From positions 2,432,001 through 2,496,000 of the forward strand of contig CAXXKT010000001.1 of assembly GCA_963662405.2 (NCBI GenBank): 64,000 bases of DNA, read 5' to 3'. How positions within the stretch are numbered: the first letter of the stretch is position 1; each line of letters starts with the position of its first letter. The DNA comes from Syntrophales bacterium (GTDB taxonomy: Bacteria; Desulfobacterota; Syntrophia; Syntrophales; UBA2210). The position numbers and the translations under genes are program-made. Shown here piece by piece: positions 1 to 9,435 of the stretch. Under the pieces are notes generated by a model. It made no database searches, was not told the origin of the DNA, and saw nothing but the letters and a program-made list of their open reading frames with translations.

Positions 1-1
1 T

Positions 2-427
2 CTCCAGGAAGATAAGGAACCTCTTTTCGATGCAGTCGATACCGTCACGGCCTCCCTTGCGGTCCTGGCGGAGATGGCCGAGAACCTCACCTTCAACCGG
101 GATCGGATGATCGAGGCCGCCACCGGAGGATTCTCCACCGCGACGGATATTGCCGATTACCTGGTGATGAAAGGAGTTCCTTTCAGGGAGGCGCACGGTA
201 TCGTGGGGCGTATTGTGGGGTACTGTGTTGAAAAAGGAAAGAATCTATGCGATCTTGACATGGGGGAGATCCGCCTCTTCTGGGAAGATGCAGATGAGGG
301 GATCTATGCGCGCATGGAAGTGACCGGATCGGTCGATGCGCGAGGTATCATTGGTGGAACGGCCCGGAAGGCCGTATTCGCAAGGATAGAGGAAATAGAA
401 TCTCAGACAGTACATGAAATCCTTTGA
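2..427 (+). CDS. argH: Argininosuccinate lyase, C-terminal part (5' end outside window)
   Basis: Open frame from position 2 reads LQEDKEPLFDAVDTV...ATDIADYLVMKGVPFREAHGIVG, the conserved ArgH C-terminus. Confidence 0.95.
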   Translation, partial: LQEDKEPLFDAVDTVTASLAVLAEMAENLTFNRDRMIEAATGGFSTATDIADYLVMKGVPFREAHGIVGRIVGYCVEKGKNLCDLDMGEIRLFWEDADEGIYARMEVTGSVDARGIIGGTARKAVFARIEEIESQTVHEIL

Positions 428-440
428 AAGGGGTGTGCGT

Positions 441-887
441 ATGACAACGGGGAGGAGGATATCGATATGCTGCGTAATAGCAATCAGTTCCCTGGCCCTG
501 CTGTGTGTCGGGTGCGGGAAAAAGGGAGATCCGCGCTATCCCGATAACAGCTATCCCGTGAAGGTTGAGGATCTTGCGATATCTTTCGATGGGGAAAAGG
601 CCATCTTGGAGTGGAGCATACCCGGGCGGTGGGACCGGGCGGGGTATGCCCGGATCTTCAGGAGTGCACTCAAGGCACAGGGGAGCAGTTGTCCGAACTG
701 CCCCCGGATATATGCCATCCTGGACTATCTTCCCCTTCGCGACGTACGATCGACAGAAAAGGGAATATTCAGGTACGTGGATCGAAATATCAGAGAGGGA
801 TTCCTCTACTCCTATCGGCTGGTCATCTGTTCCTCCTCCGGGAGATGTGGGGAGCAGTCCAATACGGCCGATAAAGAGATCCCCTAA
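441..887 (+). CDS. Putative lipoprotein (LptM/LppL-like N-terminus, possible FN3-like domain)
   Basis: Hydrophobic signal then lipobox CVGC followed by GKKGDP; CPNCP motif; sits between argH and lysA. Confidence 0.7.
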   Translation: MTTGRRISICCVIAISSLALLCVGCGKKGDPRYPDNSYPVKVEDLAISFDGEKAILEWSIPGRWDRAGYARIFRSALKAQGSSCPNCPRIYAILDYLPLRDVRSTEKGIFRYVDRNIREGFLYSYRLVICSSSGRCGEQSNTADKEIP

Positions 888-908
888 GAGTGGGACGAAC
901 GGTAAACC

Positions 909-2180
909 ATGCATTATTTTAATTATGCGGAAAATCATTTGTGGTGTGAGGAAGTGCCGGTTTCCACGGTGGCACGGGCGGTGGGGACGCCCTTTTATCT
1001 GTACAGCCACCGGACCCTGAAAAAACACTTTGAGGTCTTTGATTCGGCCTTCAAGGAGATTCCTCATCTGGTGTGTTTTTCCGCGAAGGCCAATTCCAAC
1101 GCGGCTATCCTCAGGATATTCATCAATGAGGGGAGCGGTGTGGATATCGTTTCCGGGGGGGAACTGTATCGGGCCCTTCAGGCGGGAGCCGACCCGGGTA
1201 AGATCGTCTATTCGGGGGTGGGGAAACGAGAAGAGGAAATTCGCTACGCCCTGGAGAGCAATATCCTCATGTTTAACGTTGAATCGCAGCAGGAACTTGA
1301 TGCGATCGATGCCTGCGCCGGAAGGATGGGGACGGTTGCGCGGATATCACTGCGGGTCAATCCCGACGTTGATCCCCTGACGCATCCTCACATATCCACC
1401 GGGATGAAAGAAAATAAGTTCGGGATCGACATCAAACGGTCCCTCGAGGAATACCGGCGCGCCCAGCGATTGGCTCATGTGGAGATCGTCGGGGTGGATT
1501 GCCATATCGGGTCGCAGATCACGCAGGTTGCTCCCTTTATTGATGCCCTGGATCGGCTCAAAGAATTGGTGGTGTCCCTCCGGAGTGAGGGGATTACGAT
1601 CCGGTACCTGGATCTGGGCGGTGGGCTGGGAATCACCTACGATCAGGAGACCCCTCCCCATCCGGACGATTATGCCCGGGCCGTTATGGATAAGGTCCGG
1701 GACATTGATTGTACCTTTATCCTCGAACCGGGCCGGGTGATCGTGGGAAATGCAGGGGTCCTGATCACCGAAGTCTTGTATACGAAGAAGAACGAGGAGA
1801 AGACCTTTGTGATCGTCGATGCCGGGATGAATGATCTCTTGAGACCCAGCCTCTACGATTCGTTTCATAAGATCCAGCCCGTTCATGTCAAGGGGCGTGA
1901 AGGCGTCATCTCCGATGTGGTGGGGCCGATTTGTGAGTCAGGGGATTATCTTGCCCGAGGGAGAACTATCCCTCGCCTCGAGCGGGGTGATCTGATAGCG
2001 GTCATGAGTGCGGGTGCCTACGGTTTTAGTATGTCTTCAAATTACAACTCCCGTCCGCGGGTTCCCGAGGTGCTGGTTCGGGATGCGACGTTTCATGTGA
2101 TCCGAGCCAGAGAGACGCGTGCGGACCTGGTACGGGACGAGATCATTCCCGATTTTCTCCGTGAGGAAGATCATCGGTGA
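909..2180 (+). CDS. lysA: Diaminopimelate decarboxylase
   Basis: AKAN PLP lysine, HIGSQ, LDLGGG, EPGR, GPICESGD and GAYGFSMSSNYNSRPR motifs. Confidence 0.97.
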   Translation: MHYFNYAENHLWCEEVPVSTVARAVGTPFYLYSHRTLKKHFEVFDSAFKEIPHLVCFSAKANSNAAILRIFINEGSGVDIVSGGELYRALQAGADPGKIVYSGVGKREEEIRYALESNILMFNVESQQELDAIDACAGRMGTVARISLRVNPDVDPLTHPHISTGMKENKFGIDIKRSLEEYRRAQRLAHVEIVGVDCHIGSQITQVAPFIDALDRLKELVVSLRSEGITIRYLDLGGGLGITYDQETPPHPDDYARAVMDKVRDIDCTFILEPGRVIVGNAGVLITEVLYTKKNEEKTFVIVDAGMNDLLRPSLYDSFHKIQPVHVKGREGVISDVVGPICESGDYLARGRTIPRLERGDLIAVMSAGAYGFSMSSNYNSRPRVPEVLVRDATFHVIRARETRADLVRDEIIPDFLREEDHR

Positions 2181-2216
2181 TAAATACAGCGTCAATTTTC
2201 AACAGGAGGAAGAGGT

Positions 2217-3092
2217 ATGTTTACAGGTGCAATAGTCGCGATTGTAACCCCATTTAAAGATGGGAAGGTGGACGAGGAGGCGCTCAGGGAACTGATCGAG
2301 TTCCAGATAGATTCTGGAACCGATGGCATCGTCCCCTGCGGGACGACGGGAGAAAGTGCAACCATGTCTCATGAAGAGCACGACCGGGTCGTCGAGATCA
2401 CCGTGGATGCCGTCAACAAGAGGGTGCCCGTCATCGCAGGGGCCGGCTCCAACAGCACCAAGGAGGCCATCCGGCTTACCGAACATGCCTACAAGGTGGG
2501 GGCGGACGGAACACTCTTGGTGACCCCGTACTACAACAAACCGACACAAGAGGGGCTGTATCAGCACTACAAGGCGGTGGCCGAGGCCGTACCGGTCCCG
2601 ATCGTTCCCTACAACGTACCGGGCCGGACGGGGGTGAATATCCTCCCGGAGACCGCCGCGCGCCTTTCACAAATCAGTAACATCGTTGCCATCAAGGAGG
2701 CGACGGGGGATCTGAAACAGGTCAGCAAGGTGGTGGAACTGTGCGGTGACGACCTGACCGTCCTGTCCGGTGATGACTTTACCGTTCTTCCCATCCTGGC
2801 GGTGGGGGGGAAGGGGGTTATCTCCGTCGTGTCCAATGTTGTCCCGGGGGATATGGCAGCCATGATCGATGCCTTCGAGGCGGGGGATCTGGAGAAGGCG
2901 CGCGCGCTTCATTACCGGATGAGCCCGATCATGTATGGGTGCTTTCTGGAGACCAATCCCATCCCGGTCAAGAAGGCCCTCGTGATGATGGGGAAGATCC
3001 AGGATGAGATCAGACTTCCCCTGTGTAATATGTCAGATGCGAACCATCAGAAATTACGTGAGATCATGATCGATTACGGTCTGATCAAATAA
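2217..3092 (+). CDS. dapA: 4-hydroxy-tetrahydrodipicolinate synthase
   Basis: GTTGES, PYYNKPTQEG, YNVPGRTG, IKEA and ETNPIPVK motifs. Confidence 0.97.
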   Translation: MFTGAIVAIVTPFKDGKVDEEALRELIEFQIDSGTDGIVPCGTTGESATMSHEEHDRVVEITVDAVNKRVPVIAGAGSNSTKEAIRLTEHAYKVGADGTLLVTPYYNKPTQEGLYQHYKAVAEAVPVPIVPYNVPGRTGVNILPETAARLSQISNIVAIKEATGDLKQVSKVVELCGDDLTVLSGDDFTVLPILAVGGKGVISVVSNVVPGDMAAMIDAFEAGDLEKARALHYRMSPIMYGCFLETNPIPVKKALVMMGKIQDEIRLPLCNMSDANHQKLREIMIDYGLIK

Positions 3093-3094
3093 GG

Positions 3095-3910
3095 GTGAAT
3101 AACGTGACAAAGGTAATCGTTACCGGAGCCGCCGGCAAGATGGGAGGGCGTATCATTGCCCTTATCCAGGGAGACGACCGGATGGAGCTTGTGGGGGCGT
3201 TGGAACAGAAGGGACATCCGCTCATCGGAAAAGATGTTGGCTCGTTTCTGGGGCTGGGAGTAACCGGTGTCGCTCTTGGAGATGATCTGGATGGTTGTAT
3301 CGACCAGGCCGATGTTGTTATTGATTTCACGAGTCATACTGCATCGCTGGATCACCTGCGAGTAGCGGCCGAGCACGGCACGGCGATCGTCATCGGTTCC
3401 ACGGGATTTACACCGGATGAGATGGAAAAGGTGGCTGATCTCTCTCGCGGGACACGGTGTGTCTTTGCTCCCAACATGAGCGTCGGTGTGAATGTCATGT
3501 TCAAGGTCCTCAAAGAGGTGGCCGGTATCCTGGGGGACGCGTATGACGTGGAGATCGTCGAGGCACACCACAACCAGAAAAAGGATGCCCCCAGCGGGAC
3601 GGCCGTGAAGATGGCCGAGGTCATAGCCGAGGCCCTCGGCAGGGATATGGGGGAGATCGGCGTATACGGTCGCAGGGGGATGATCGGGGCCCGTCCGCAG
3701 GCGGAAATAGCGGTTCACACCGTCAGGGCGGGAGATATCGTTGGTGAACACACAGTCCTCTTCGGCGGCATGGGTGAGCGGCTGGAGTTCACCCACCGCG
3801 CCCACAGTCGCGAGAATTTCGCCCGGGGAGCGATCCGGGCTGCGTTATGGATTGTCGATAGAGGAAAGGGCCTGTATGATATGCAGGATGTCTTGGGACT
3901 GAACGGCTGA
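3095..3910 (+). CDS. dapB: 4-hydroxy-tetrahydrodipicolinate reductase
   Basis: GAAGKMG Rossmann motif and EAHHNQKKDAPSGTA signature. Confidence 0.97.
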   Translation: MNNVTKVIVTGAAGKMGGRIIALIQGDDRMELVGALEQKGHPLIGKDVGSFLGLGVTGVALGDDLDGCIDQADVVIDFTSHTASLDHLRVAAEHGTAIVIGSTGFTPDEMEKVADLSRGTRCVFAPNMSVGVNVMFKVLKEVAGILGDAYDVEIVEAHHNQKKDAPSGTAVKMAEVIAEALGRDMGEIGVYGRRGMIGARPQAEIAVHTVRAGDIVGEHTVLFGGMGERLEFTHRAHSRENFARGAIRAALWIVDRGKGLYDMQDVLGLNG

Positions 3911-3926
3911 AGGCGGAGGGACCTCC

Positions 3927-4451
3927 ATGGAGGATGGTTTCATCTGTTTTCTGGGGATCGGCTCCAACAGGGGTGATCCGGTCCGGAACTGCGCCGCTGC
4001 ATGGAGATATATATCCGCTATAGAGGGAATCACGGTCCTGAAGCGGTCATCGCTCTACCGGACGCAGCCGGTGGGTGTTGTGGAACAGGACTGGTTCGTC
4101 AATGGTGTCATTGAGGTGCGGACCGCGCTTTCCCCCCGCTCACTTCTGGGGTTTCTCCTGGACGTGGAAGATGTGATGGGGAGAGTCCGAACCGTCAGAT
4201 GGGGGCCGCGGCTCATCGATATCGATATCCTCCTCTATGGGCAGGTGATCGTTGATGAAACGGAACTCGTTGTCCCGCATCCCCGGCTTCATACGCGGCG
4301 GTTTGTGCTGGTGCCTCTGAGTGAGATAGCACCACATGCCGTTCACCCCGTATTCGGCCTCTCCGTCAGGGGCCTCGTGGAGCGGCTTGATGATACGAGT
4401 ATCGTTGAATGGTTGAGCAGCGAGTGGGACCACTCAGGTGATGTGATATGA
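3927..4451 (+). CDS. folK: 2-amino-4-hydroxy-6-hydroxymethyldihydropteridine diphosphokinase
   Basis: LGIGSN, RWGPRLIDIDIL and PHPRLHTRRFVLVPL motifs. Confidence 0.95.
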   Translation: MEDGFICFLGIGSNRGDPVRNCAAAWRYISAIEGITVLKRSSLYRTQPVGVVEQDWFVNGVIEVRTALSPRSLLGFLLDVEDVMGRVRTVRWGPRLIDIDILLYGQVIVDETELVVPHPRLHTRRFVLVPLSEIAPHAVHPVFGLSVRGLVERLDDTSIVEWLSSEWDHSGDVI

Positions 4452-4705
4452 TTCGTTTAATAATTGCGGCCATAATCGTATATGTGGTATACCGTCTCTC
4501 CAAAGGGGTGTTTCACCCGAGGGAGAAGGTGTCGGGTCGTCCTTCCGGGGAGGTGCACCGGATCAAGGGGGAAGAACTCGTGAAGGATCCCTGTTGTGGC
4601 ACCTACGTTCCGATAAGCAGTGCCTATACGACAACCCTGAACGGCAAGACCCTGTACTTTTGCAGTAAGGAATGCCTGGAGAAATACAGGCGGGAACAGA
4701 GGTGA
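4448..4705 (+). CDS. Small membrane-anchored YHS/TRASH domain protein
   Basis: N-terminal TM helix; LVKDPCCGTYV...YFCSKEC. Confidence 0.85.
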   Translation: MIRLIIAAIIVYVVYRLSKGVFHPREKVSGRPSGEVHRIKGEELVKDPCCGTYVPISSAYTTTLNGKTLYFCSKECLEKYRREQR

Positions 4706-4714
4706 AAGGAGCGC

Positions 4715-5362
4715 ATGAAGTTTTTTATCGATACCGGCAACATTGATGAGATCAAAGAGGGACTGAACCTTGGAATGGTCGACGGTGTCACGACGAACCC
4801 CTCTCTCGTGGCAAGGGAAGGAAAGGATTTTGATACCGTCATCAGGGAGATATTGGGGATAGTGACGGGACCGGTCAGCCTTGAGGTGGTGAGCGAGGAT
4901 GCCGAGGGGATGGTCTCTGAAGGGAAGGCGCTCGCAGCGCTGGCCGAGAACGTGGTGGTGAAGGTCCCCATGACGACCGAGGGGTTGAAGGCCACCCGGT
5001 CGCTGTCGGAGCTGGAGATCGCCGTGAACCAGACACTGATCTTTTCGCCGGTGCAAGCCCTTCTTGCCGCCAAGGCGGGTGCGCGGTACGTGAGTCCTTT
5101 CATCGGGAGGCTCGACGACATCTCCCAGACGGGAATGGATCTGGTGGAGCAGATACTCACCATATTCGATAACTATGCCTTTGATTGCGAGGTGATCGTC
5201 GCCAGTGTCAGACATCCCCTCCACGTTCTCCAGGCGGCGCTTCTCGGGGCCGATATCGCCACGATCCCCTTTAAGGTGATACAGCAGCTGGCCGGACATC
5301 CCCTTACCGATATCGGGATTGAGAAATTCATGGCCGACTGGCGGAAGGTTCCGAAGGGATGA
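4715..5362 (+). CDS. fsa: Transaldolase / fructose-6-phosphate aldolase family
   Basis: [27 protein letters not shown] and HPLTDIG motifs. Confidence 0.92.
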   Translation: MKFFIDTGNIDEIKEGLNLGMVDGVTTNPSLVAREGKDFDTVIREILGIVTGPVSLEVVSEDAEGMVSEGKALAALAENVVVKVPMTTEGLKATRSLSELEIAVNQTLIFSPVQALLAAKAGARYVSPFIGRLDDISQTGMDLVEQILTIFDNYAFDCEVIVASVRHPLHVLQAALLGADIATIPFKVIQQLAGHPLTDIGIEKFMADWRKVPKG

Positions 5363-5363
5363 C

Positions 5364-5981
5364 ATGTTCGATTTTCTGAAAAATCTTCTCGATAAGGTGA
5401 CGAACCCGAAGGCGAGCGCGGAGATATTCAATCTTCCGAACACGATCACCCTCCTGCGATTGGCGGTGATACCGGTGCTCTTCCTGCTCCTCTTCTCTCC
5501 GGGGAGGATCCTGAGCATGATCATAGCGGTCCTCTTTATCATCGCCTCGATTACGGACCTCATAGACGGGTACATAGCGAGAAAATACAATATCGTGACC
5601 ACGATGGGAAAATTCCTCGATCCCGTGGCGGACAAGCTCGTGGTCACCACGGCCATGATCATGCTGATCCCTATCGGGCGGATACCGGCCTGGATCGTCG
5701 CCCTTATCATCATGCGAGACCTGCTGGTCGATGGGCTCCGGAGTATCGCCTCGGCGGACGGCCTTGTTATCGACGCGAGCAGGTTGGGAAAGCAAAAGAC
5801 CTTGTGCCAGGTGGTCGCGGTGTCGGCGCTGCTGATTCATTACGATACGGTCTTCGGTATCGACGCGCATGCGGTCGGGATGGTGGTCCTTGTCCTCGCC
5901 CTTGTACTGACCGTCTGGTCCGGTGCCGATTATTTCAGGAAGTTTTATGAGCAAAAAATCGGGAAACAGCAGGCGGGGTGA
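5364..5981 (+). CDS. pgsA: CDP-diacylglycerol--glycerol-3-phosphate 3-phosphatidyltransferase
   Basis: NLPNTITLLR and TDLIDGYIARK...GKFLDPVADK motifs; directly precedes the Gly/Cys tRNAs. Confidence 0.93.
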   Translation: MFDFLKNLLDKVTNPKASAEIFNLPNTITLLRLAVIPVLFLLLFSPGRILSMIIAVLFIIASITDLIDGYIARKYNIVTTMGKFLDPVADKLVVTTAMIMLIPIGRIPAWIVALIIMRDLLVDGLRSIASADGLVIDASRLGKQKTLCQVVAVSALLIHYDTVFGIDAHAVGMVVLVLALVLTVWSGADYFRKFYEQKIGKQQAG

Positions 5982-5991
5982 AAAGTTTTCG

Positions 5992-6020
5992 TTGACAACG
6001 GGGCCGTATTTTATTAAGAG
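5992..6020 (+). promoter_or_regulatory. Possible sigma70 promoter for the tRNA pair
   Basis: Perfect TTGACA at 5992-5997; AT-rich but imperfect -10 candidates at 6012-6020. Confidence 0.45.
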
Positions 6021-6038
6021 GTCTTTCACAGAAATCAA

Positions 6039-6113
<75 letters not shown>

Positions 6114-6120
6114 TTTTTTT

Positions 6121-6196
6121 GGCGGCATAGCCAAGTGGCTAAGGCAGCGGTCTGCAAAACCGTTATTCACCGGTTCGAGTCCGGTTGCCGCCTCCA
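6121..6196 (+). tRNA. tRNA-Cys (GCA), integration target
   Basis: GGCGGCA acceptor stem, anticodon loop CTGCAAA, GGTTCGAGTCC T-arm, encoded CCA. Confidence 0.97.
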
Positions 6197-6197
6197 A
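6152..6197 (+). repeat. att core, left copy (3' part of tRNA-Cys)
   Basis: CTGCAAAACCGTTATTCACCGGTTCGAGTCCGGTTGCCGCCTCCAA, identical to 15698-15743; starts at the first base of the anticodon loop. Confidence 0.95.
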
Positions 6198-6202
6198 GAA
6201 AT

Positions 6203-6238
6203 AACAAGGGGTTAGCCTACAACGGCTTGCCCCTTGTT
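6203..6238 (+). terminator. Hairpin directly downstream of tRNA-Cys
   Basis: AACAAGGGG-TTAGCC...GGCTTG-CCCCTTGTT inverted repeat followed by TGTTT; also lies at the 3' end of the convergent integrase. Confidence 0.6.
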
Positions 6239-7417
6239 TGTTTCAGGGTGCGTATAGGGTGCGTTTGGTTGCGTGTCCAGTTCGTCAATGTCCGATCTGC
6301 TTTCCTTTGGAAGCCATTTGTAATAAGTCCTATATGTGATTTCCGTTGTCGAATGACCCATTTCCTTGCTTACCTCTGCCAGGGAATCCCCTTTACTCAA
6401 TCGCAAGGTAGCATAGGTGTGCCTCATATCGTGCGGGGTCCGTCTTCTCAGTTTTGACTTATCCATGCCCCGGTTCCATACACGATGAATGAAGTTGCCA
6501 TAATTCAAGGGTGTACCGTCTTCATTGTTGAAAACCCATTCCGGCATAGACTTCCATCCCTGTTTAAGCGTTCTCTCTGCCATGTACTTTTTATGCTGTG
6601 TGAGAAGCTCTGCAAGTTGTGAGGTCATTCTTACGTGACGACGGCTTGACCGGCTCTTAGGGGTCGTTATTTTGCCCCGCGTGATGTTCCTTTGCACAAG
6701 TATCAACTTTTGATAGAAGTCAATATCCCCCCACTGTAGGCCGATAATTTCACCTATTCTGAGACCGGTTCTAAATCCACAAATGACAAGGGGATAATAT
6801 GTCGGATACTCTTTTAAGAATGTCTGTTCAAGTTTTGCGCGCTCTTTCCATGACAAAGGGTCCGGTTCTTTTACTTGCCGTTCATCTTCGGGTTTCGGTA
6901 TGGGAACCCCTCGCGCAGGGTTTGAAGAGATGAAACCATCAGGATTCACGGCATGCCTTAAAATTGCGCTCAGACAGTTTTTTATATTCCTTGCCGTGCT
7001 ACTCCTTAACCCTCCCTTGATCTTTTCGCTTATAAGGTCGCTGATCATTCGTGACGTGATTTCATCAAGGGGTTTCGATCCAAAAGCAGGTAAGAGGGTT
7101 TCATCAATTATGAGTCGATAGCTACGGTACGTAGAATGCTTCAGAGATAGGAGGGCAACTTTTTTATACCAACCGGTTTGAGATTTGCCTTCAGAGTCTT
7201 TCCAGCCGTCAACATATTCCTTGAGGGTAGGGGGCTTAGAGGATTTATCATCAATCCCCATTTCTCCCAGGGTCAATTTTGCTTCGATCTTCCTTGCGGC
7301 CTCCTGGGCAATACGCTTATCATGCCCCACCTTCTTTGATTTGCGTTTCCCGTTGTGATTGATAAACAACCACCATTCCCCGGACCCTTTGACCTTTTCT
7401 TTGACCTTGACTCCCAT
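6212..7417 (-). CDS. int: Tyrosine recombinase / phage integrase
   Basis: RTGLRIGE, PKS, HDMRHTYA, MGHS and TYRTYY catalytic motifs; adjacent to att. Confidence 0.96.
   Translation of the reverse strand: MGVKVKEKVKGSGEWWLFINHNGKRKSKKVGHDKRIAQEAARKIEAKLTLGEMGIDDKSSKPPTLKEYVDGWKDSEGKSQTGWYKKVALLSLKHSTYRSYRLIIDETLLPAFGSKPLDEITSRMISDLISEKIKGGLRSSTARNIKNCLSAILRHAVNPDGFISSNPARGVPIPKPEDERQVKEPDPLSWKERAKLEQTFLKEYPTYYPLVICGFRTGLRIGEIIGLQWGDIDFYQKLILVQRNITRGKITTPKSRSSRRHVRMTSQLAELLTQHKKYMAERTLKQGWKSMPEWVFNNEDGTPLNYGNFIHRVWNRGMDKSKLRRRTPHDMRHTYATLRLSKGDSLAEVSKEMGHSTTEITYRTYYKWLPKESRSDIDELDTQPNAPYTHPETNKGQAVVG
6245..6263. repeat. Probable integrase arm-type binding sites (left)
   Basis: AGGGTGCGTATAGGGTGCG (two AGGGTGCG units) recurs exactly at 15604-15622 near the other att core. 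Confidence 0.75.
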
Positions 7418-7480
7418 AATTCACCCCTTTTCAAGGGGCCAGGACACCCGCCCCGGCCCCTTTCTCGAATCTGTGATTGT

Positions 7481-7873
7481 TTATCCCGCCCCATATAGTC
7501 CGCCCCGAATTAACGTTAAGTGAGGGGCAGAGGTTTTTACCTTTTCAACTACAGGTTTTTGATCTTCTTGCCATTTCTTATACACATCTTGCCATTCTGC
7601 AAGTCGTTGCTTGCCTACTTTAACATTTTCCTTATGCCGGACTAGCCATTTCCTGCTAAACCTCAAACCCATTTCCAGAAAGGCTTTATCCATACCGCTC
7701 TGATTTGGATGTGTTTTCTTTCGCTCAAGCCACTCCTTTATTTCTTGCCGACAATCCCTTACCCCTTTTTGATGTAGGGCAATCCTGTTTTTTTCAATAG
7801 CGATAAAGTCTTTAAGGTATTTTTCACGACCCTCTTCAAACTGCTTCCATTCTTCCGATACATAAAACCGCAT
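7481..7873 (-). CDS. Hypothetical basic, helical protein upstream of int
   Basis: ATG at 7873 with strong RBS GAAAGGAGAGGAG; no family recognised. Confidence 0.7.
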   Translation of the reverse strand: MRFYVSEEWKQFEEGREKYLKDFIAIEKNRIALHQKGVRDCRQEIKEWLERKKTHPNQSGMDKAFLEMGLRFSRKWLVRHKENVKVGKQRLAEWQDVYKKWQEDQKPVVEKVKTSAPHLTLIRGGLYGAG

Positions 7874-8022
7874 TGCTCCTCTCCTTTCAAAATAGAAAAC
7901 CCCCCGAAGACTTCTCAAGGCCATAGGGGACCGCCCCCCACGTTACCGGGGAGGGAATCTTCAGGGGGTTTTGGGTGGTCTGTAGCTTTTTCATGGCCCT
8001 ATGGTTTGAGATTGAATGTAAT

Positions 8023-8055
8023 GCTGTATATACAGCTATACCGCATGGAGGTCAA
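8023..8055 (-). promoter_or_regulatory. sigma70-like promoter with a palindromic operator over the -10 box
   Basis: Minus strand TTGACC-N17-TATATA; perfect palindrome GCTGTATATACAGC at 8023-8036; further half-site ATACAGC at 8071-8077. Confidence 0.65.
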
Positions 8056-8100
8056 GAATTTTGTGTTGCAATACAGCAAAAAATACCATAAATGATACCC

Positions 8101-8256
8101 ATGGATAAAAAACATGTAACATTCAGAATTGACCCGGCAATTGTAAAAAAAATGAAATTCCTTTCCGTAGAAAAGGATAGGTCTCTAACTGACTTATTTC
8201 TTGAAGCCATTGAAGACCTCCTGAAAAAATATGAAAAGCCTAAGCGAATGAAATAA
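8101..8256 (+). CDS. Ribbon-helix-helix DNA-binding protein (51 aa, below ORF-track cutoff)
   Basis: MDKKHVTFRIDPAIVKKMKFLSVEKDRSLTDLFLEAIEDLLKKYEKPKRMK: alternating beta strand plus two helices. Confidence 0.85.
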   Translation: MDKKHVTFRIDPAIVKKMKFLSVEKDRSLTDLFLEAIEDLLKKYEKPKRMK

Positions 8257-8285
8257 CTTACTGCCTTTTTCGCCAAGGGGGAGTT

Positions 8286-8708
8286 ATGGATTTTAATAAG
8301 CCGGTCAAATATAGTAATTATATTTCTGGATTTTTGGCCATATGCCTATTTATTGTTTTGCCGTTTTTTATCTTAATGGATACTTGTTCTACATCATCTC
8401 CGCCCCCCACACCTGAACAAATTGCTGCTAAGCAATTACGTATGGATGATATGGACGCACGGACATGGGCCAGAATATATGTCAAAAATTCACTTAAATC
8501 GCCTTCAACAGCTAAATTTCCAAACGTGCTCGACTATATAGTCGCAAGAGCAGCAGACGAAAAAGGCAATATCATAAAGGATACATGGATAGTCTCTAGC
8601 TACGTAGATGCTCAGAATAGTTTCGGTGCAATGCTGAGAAGCAGATGGTGTGTTACGCTTAAAAAAGTAGGTGACAAGTGGATTGCACTTGACGTTGATA
8701 TACGATAA
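8286..8708 (+). CDS. Membrane-anchored accessory protein of the element
   Basis: One TM helix; LKSPSTAKF...YVDAQNSFGAMLR pattern typical of phage-associated hypotheticals; function unknown. Confidence 0.7.
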   Translation: MDFNKPVKYSNYISGFLAICLFIVLPFFILMDTCSTSSPPPTPEQIAAKQLRMDDMDARTWARIYVKNSLKSPSTAKFPNVLDYIVARAADEKGNIIKDTWIVSSYVDAQNSFGAMLRSRWCVTLKKVGDKWIALDVDIR

Positions 8709-9062
8709 TCATGTCTTAAGGATTAAATTTGTCTCTAAGACGCGCCTTCTTAGCCTCCCCTCTAAAAGTCGATTCTGGGCGGCTTTTCTAATGTCAAAAC
8801 CGCCATTCTGTCGGATTTGTTGCAGTCGTTTTACAAATCGGCAATTTTCGCCGTTTTCAAAGAACAAAATGGGAGGGGAGGGGTGTTTCCACCCCTCCCC
8901 CTGAAACAGCGAGCAGGGGGAGCGGCCTTGCCCGCTGTTTTTGTGTGCCGATTCACGTTCGGAGGTACGCAATCGGCCGCGAGTTTTGCTGAAACCAGGT
9001 AACTCGAAACCTGGTCGCCGCCTGCGGGATAGCCCGCCCCCGGCGCAGGGTAGTCAATACGC

Positions 9063-9422
9063 TTATTCAATCCGCCCCTGTGCGAAGATGCACAGGGCAG
9101 TATTGCTTGACGAATCGACTGTAAGAGAAGTTGCTGCCGTCAACACCATCCCGCCGTTTCGAAAATCCCATTGCAGTGAGGTATTCGCGGCCATTGCAAC
9201 AGGACCTAGCAAAGCCGTTGTGACTGCTGCGCCTGTCTTCCCTTCGCCGATGGTGATACTCTGAGCACCGGCCCCGTTGTTAATGGTGAGATGGTCAACA
9301 ATGATCGACGTTCCCGCCGCCGGAGCCGCTTTTAATACTTCACACCCGGACGCATCGGCGCTCGTGGCGTTCAAAATCCACCCGAATTTTCCGGGAGCTG
9401 GATTCGTTACAGTAATAGCCAT
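9063..9422 (-). CDS. Putative virion structural / capsid accessory protein
   Basis: Ala/Thr/Gly-rich beta-type sequence, last gene of the capsid operon; positional inference. Confidence 0.55.
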   Translation of the reverse strand: MAITVTNPAPGKFGWILNATSADASGCEVLKAAPAAGTSIIVDHLTINNGAGAQSITIGEGKTGAAVTTALLGPVAMAANTSLQWDFRNGGMVLTAATSLTVDSSSNTALCIFAQGRIE

Positions 9423-9435
9423 AATTCACCCCTTC

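Noticed and set aside
8023..8036. E. coli-type LexA SOS box
   Set aside because: CTGT and ACAG are separated by 4 nt rather than 8; kept only as a generic operator palindrome
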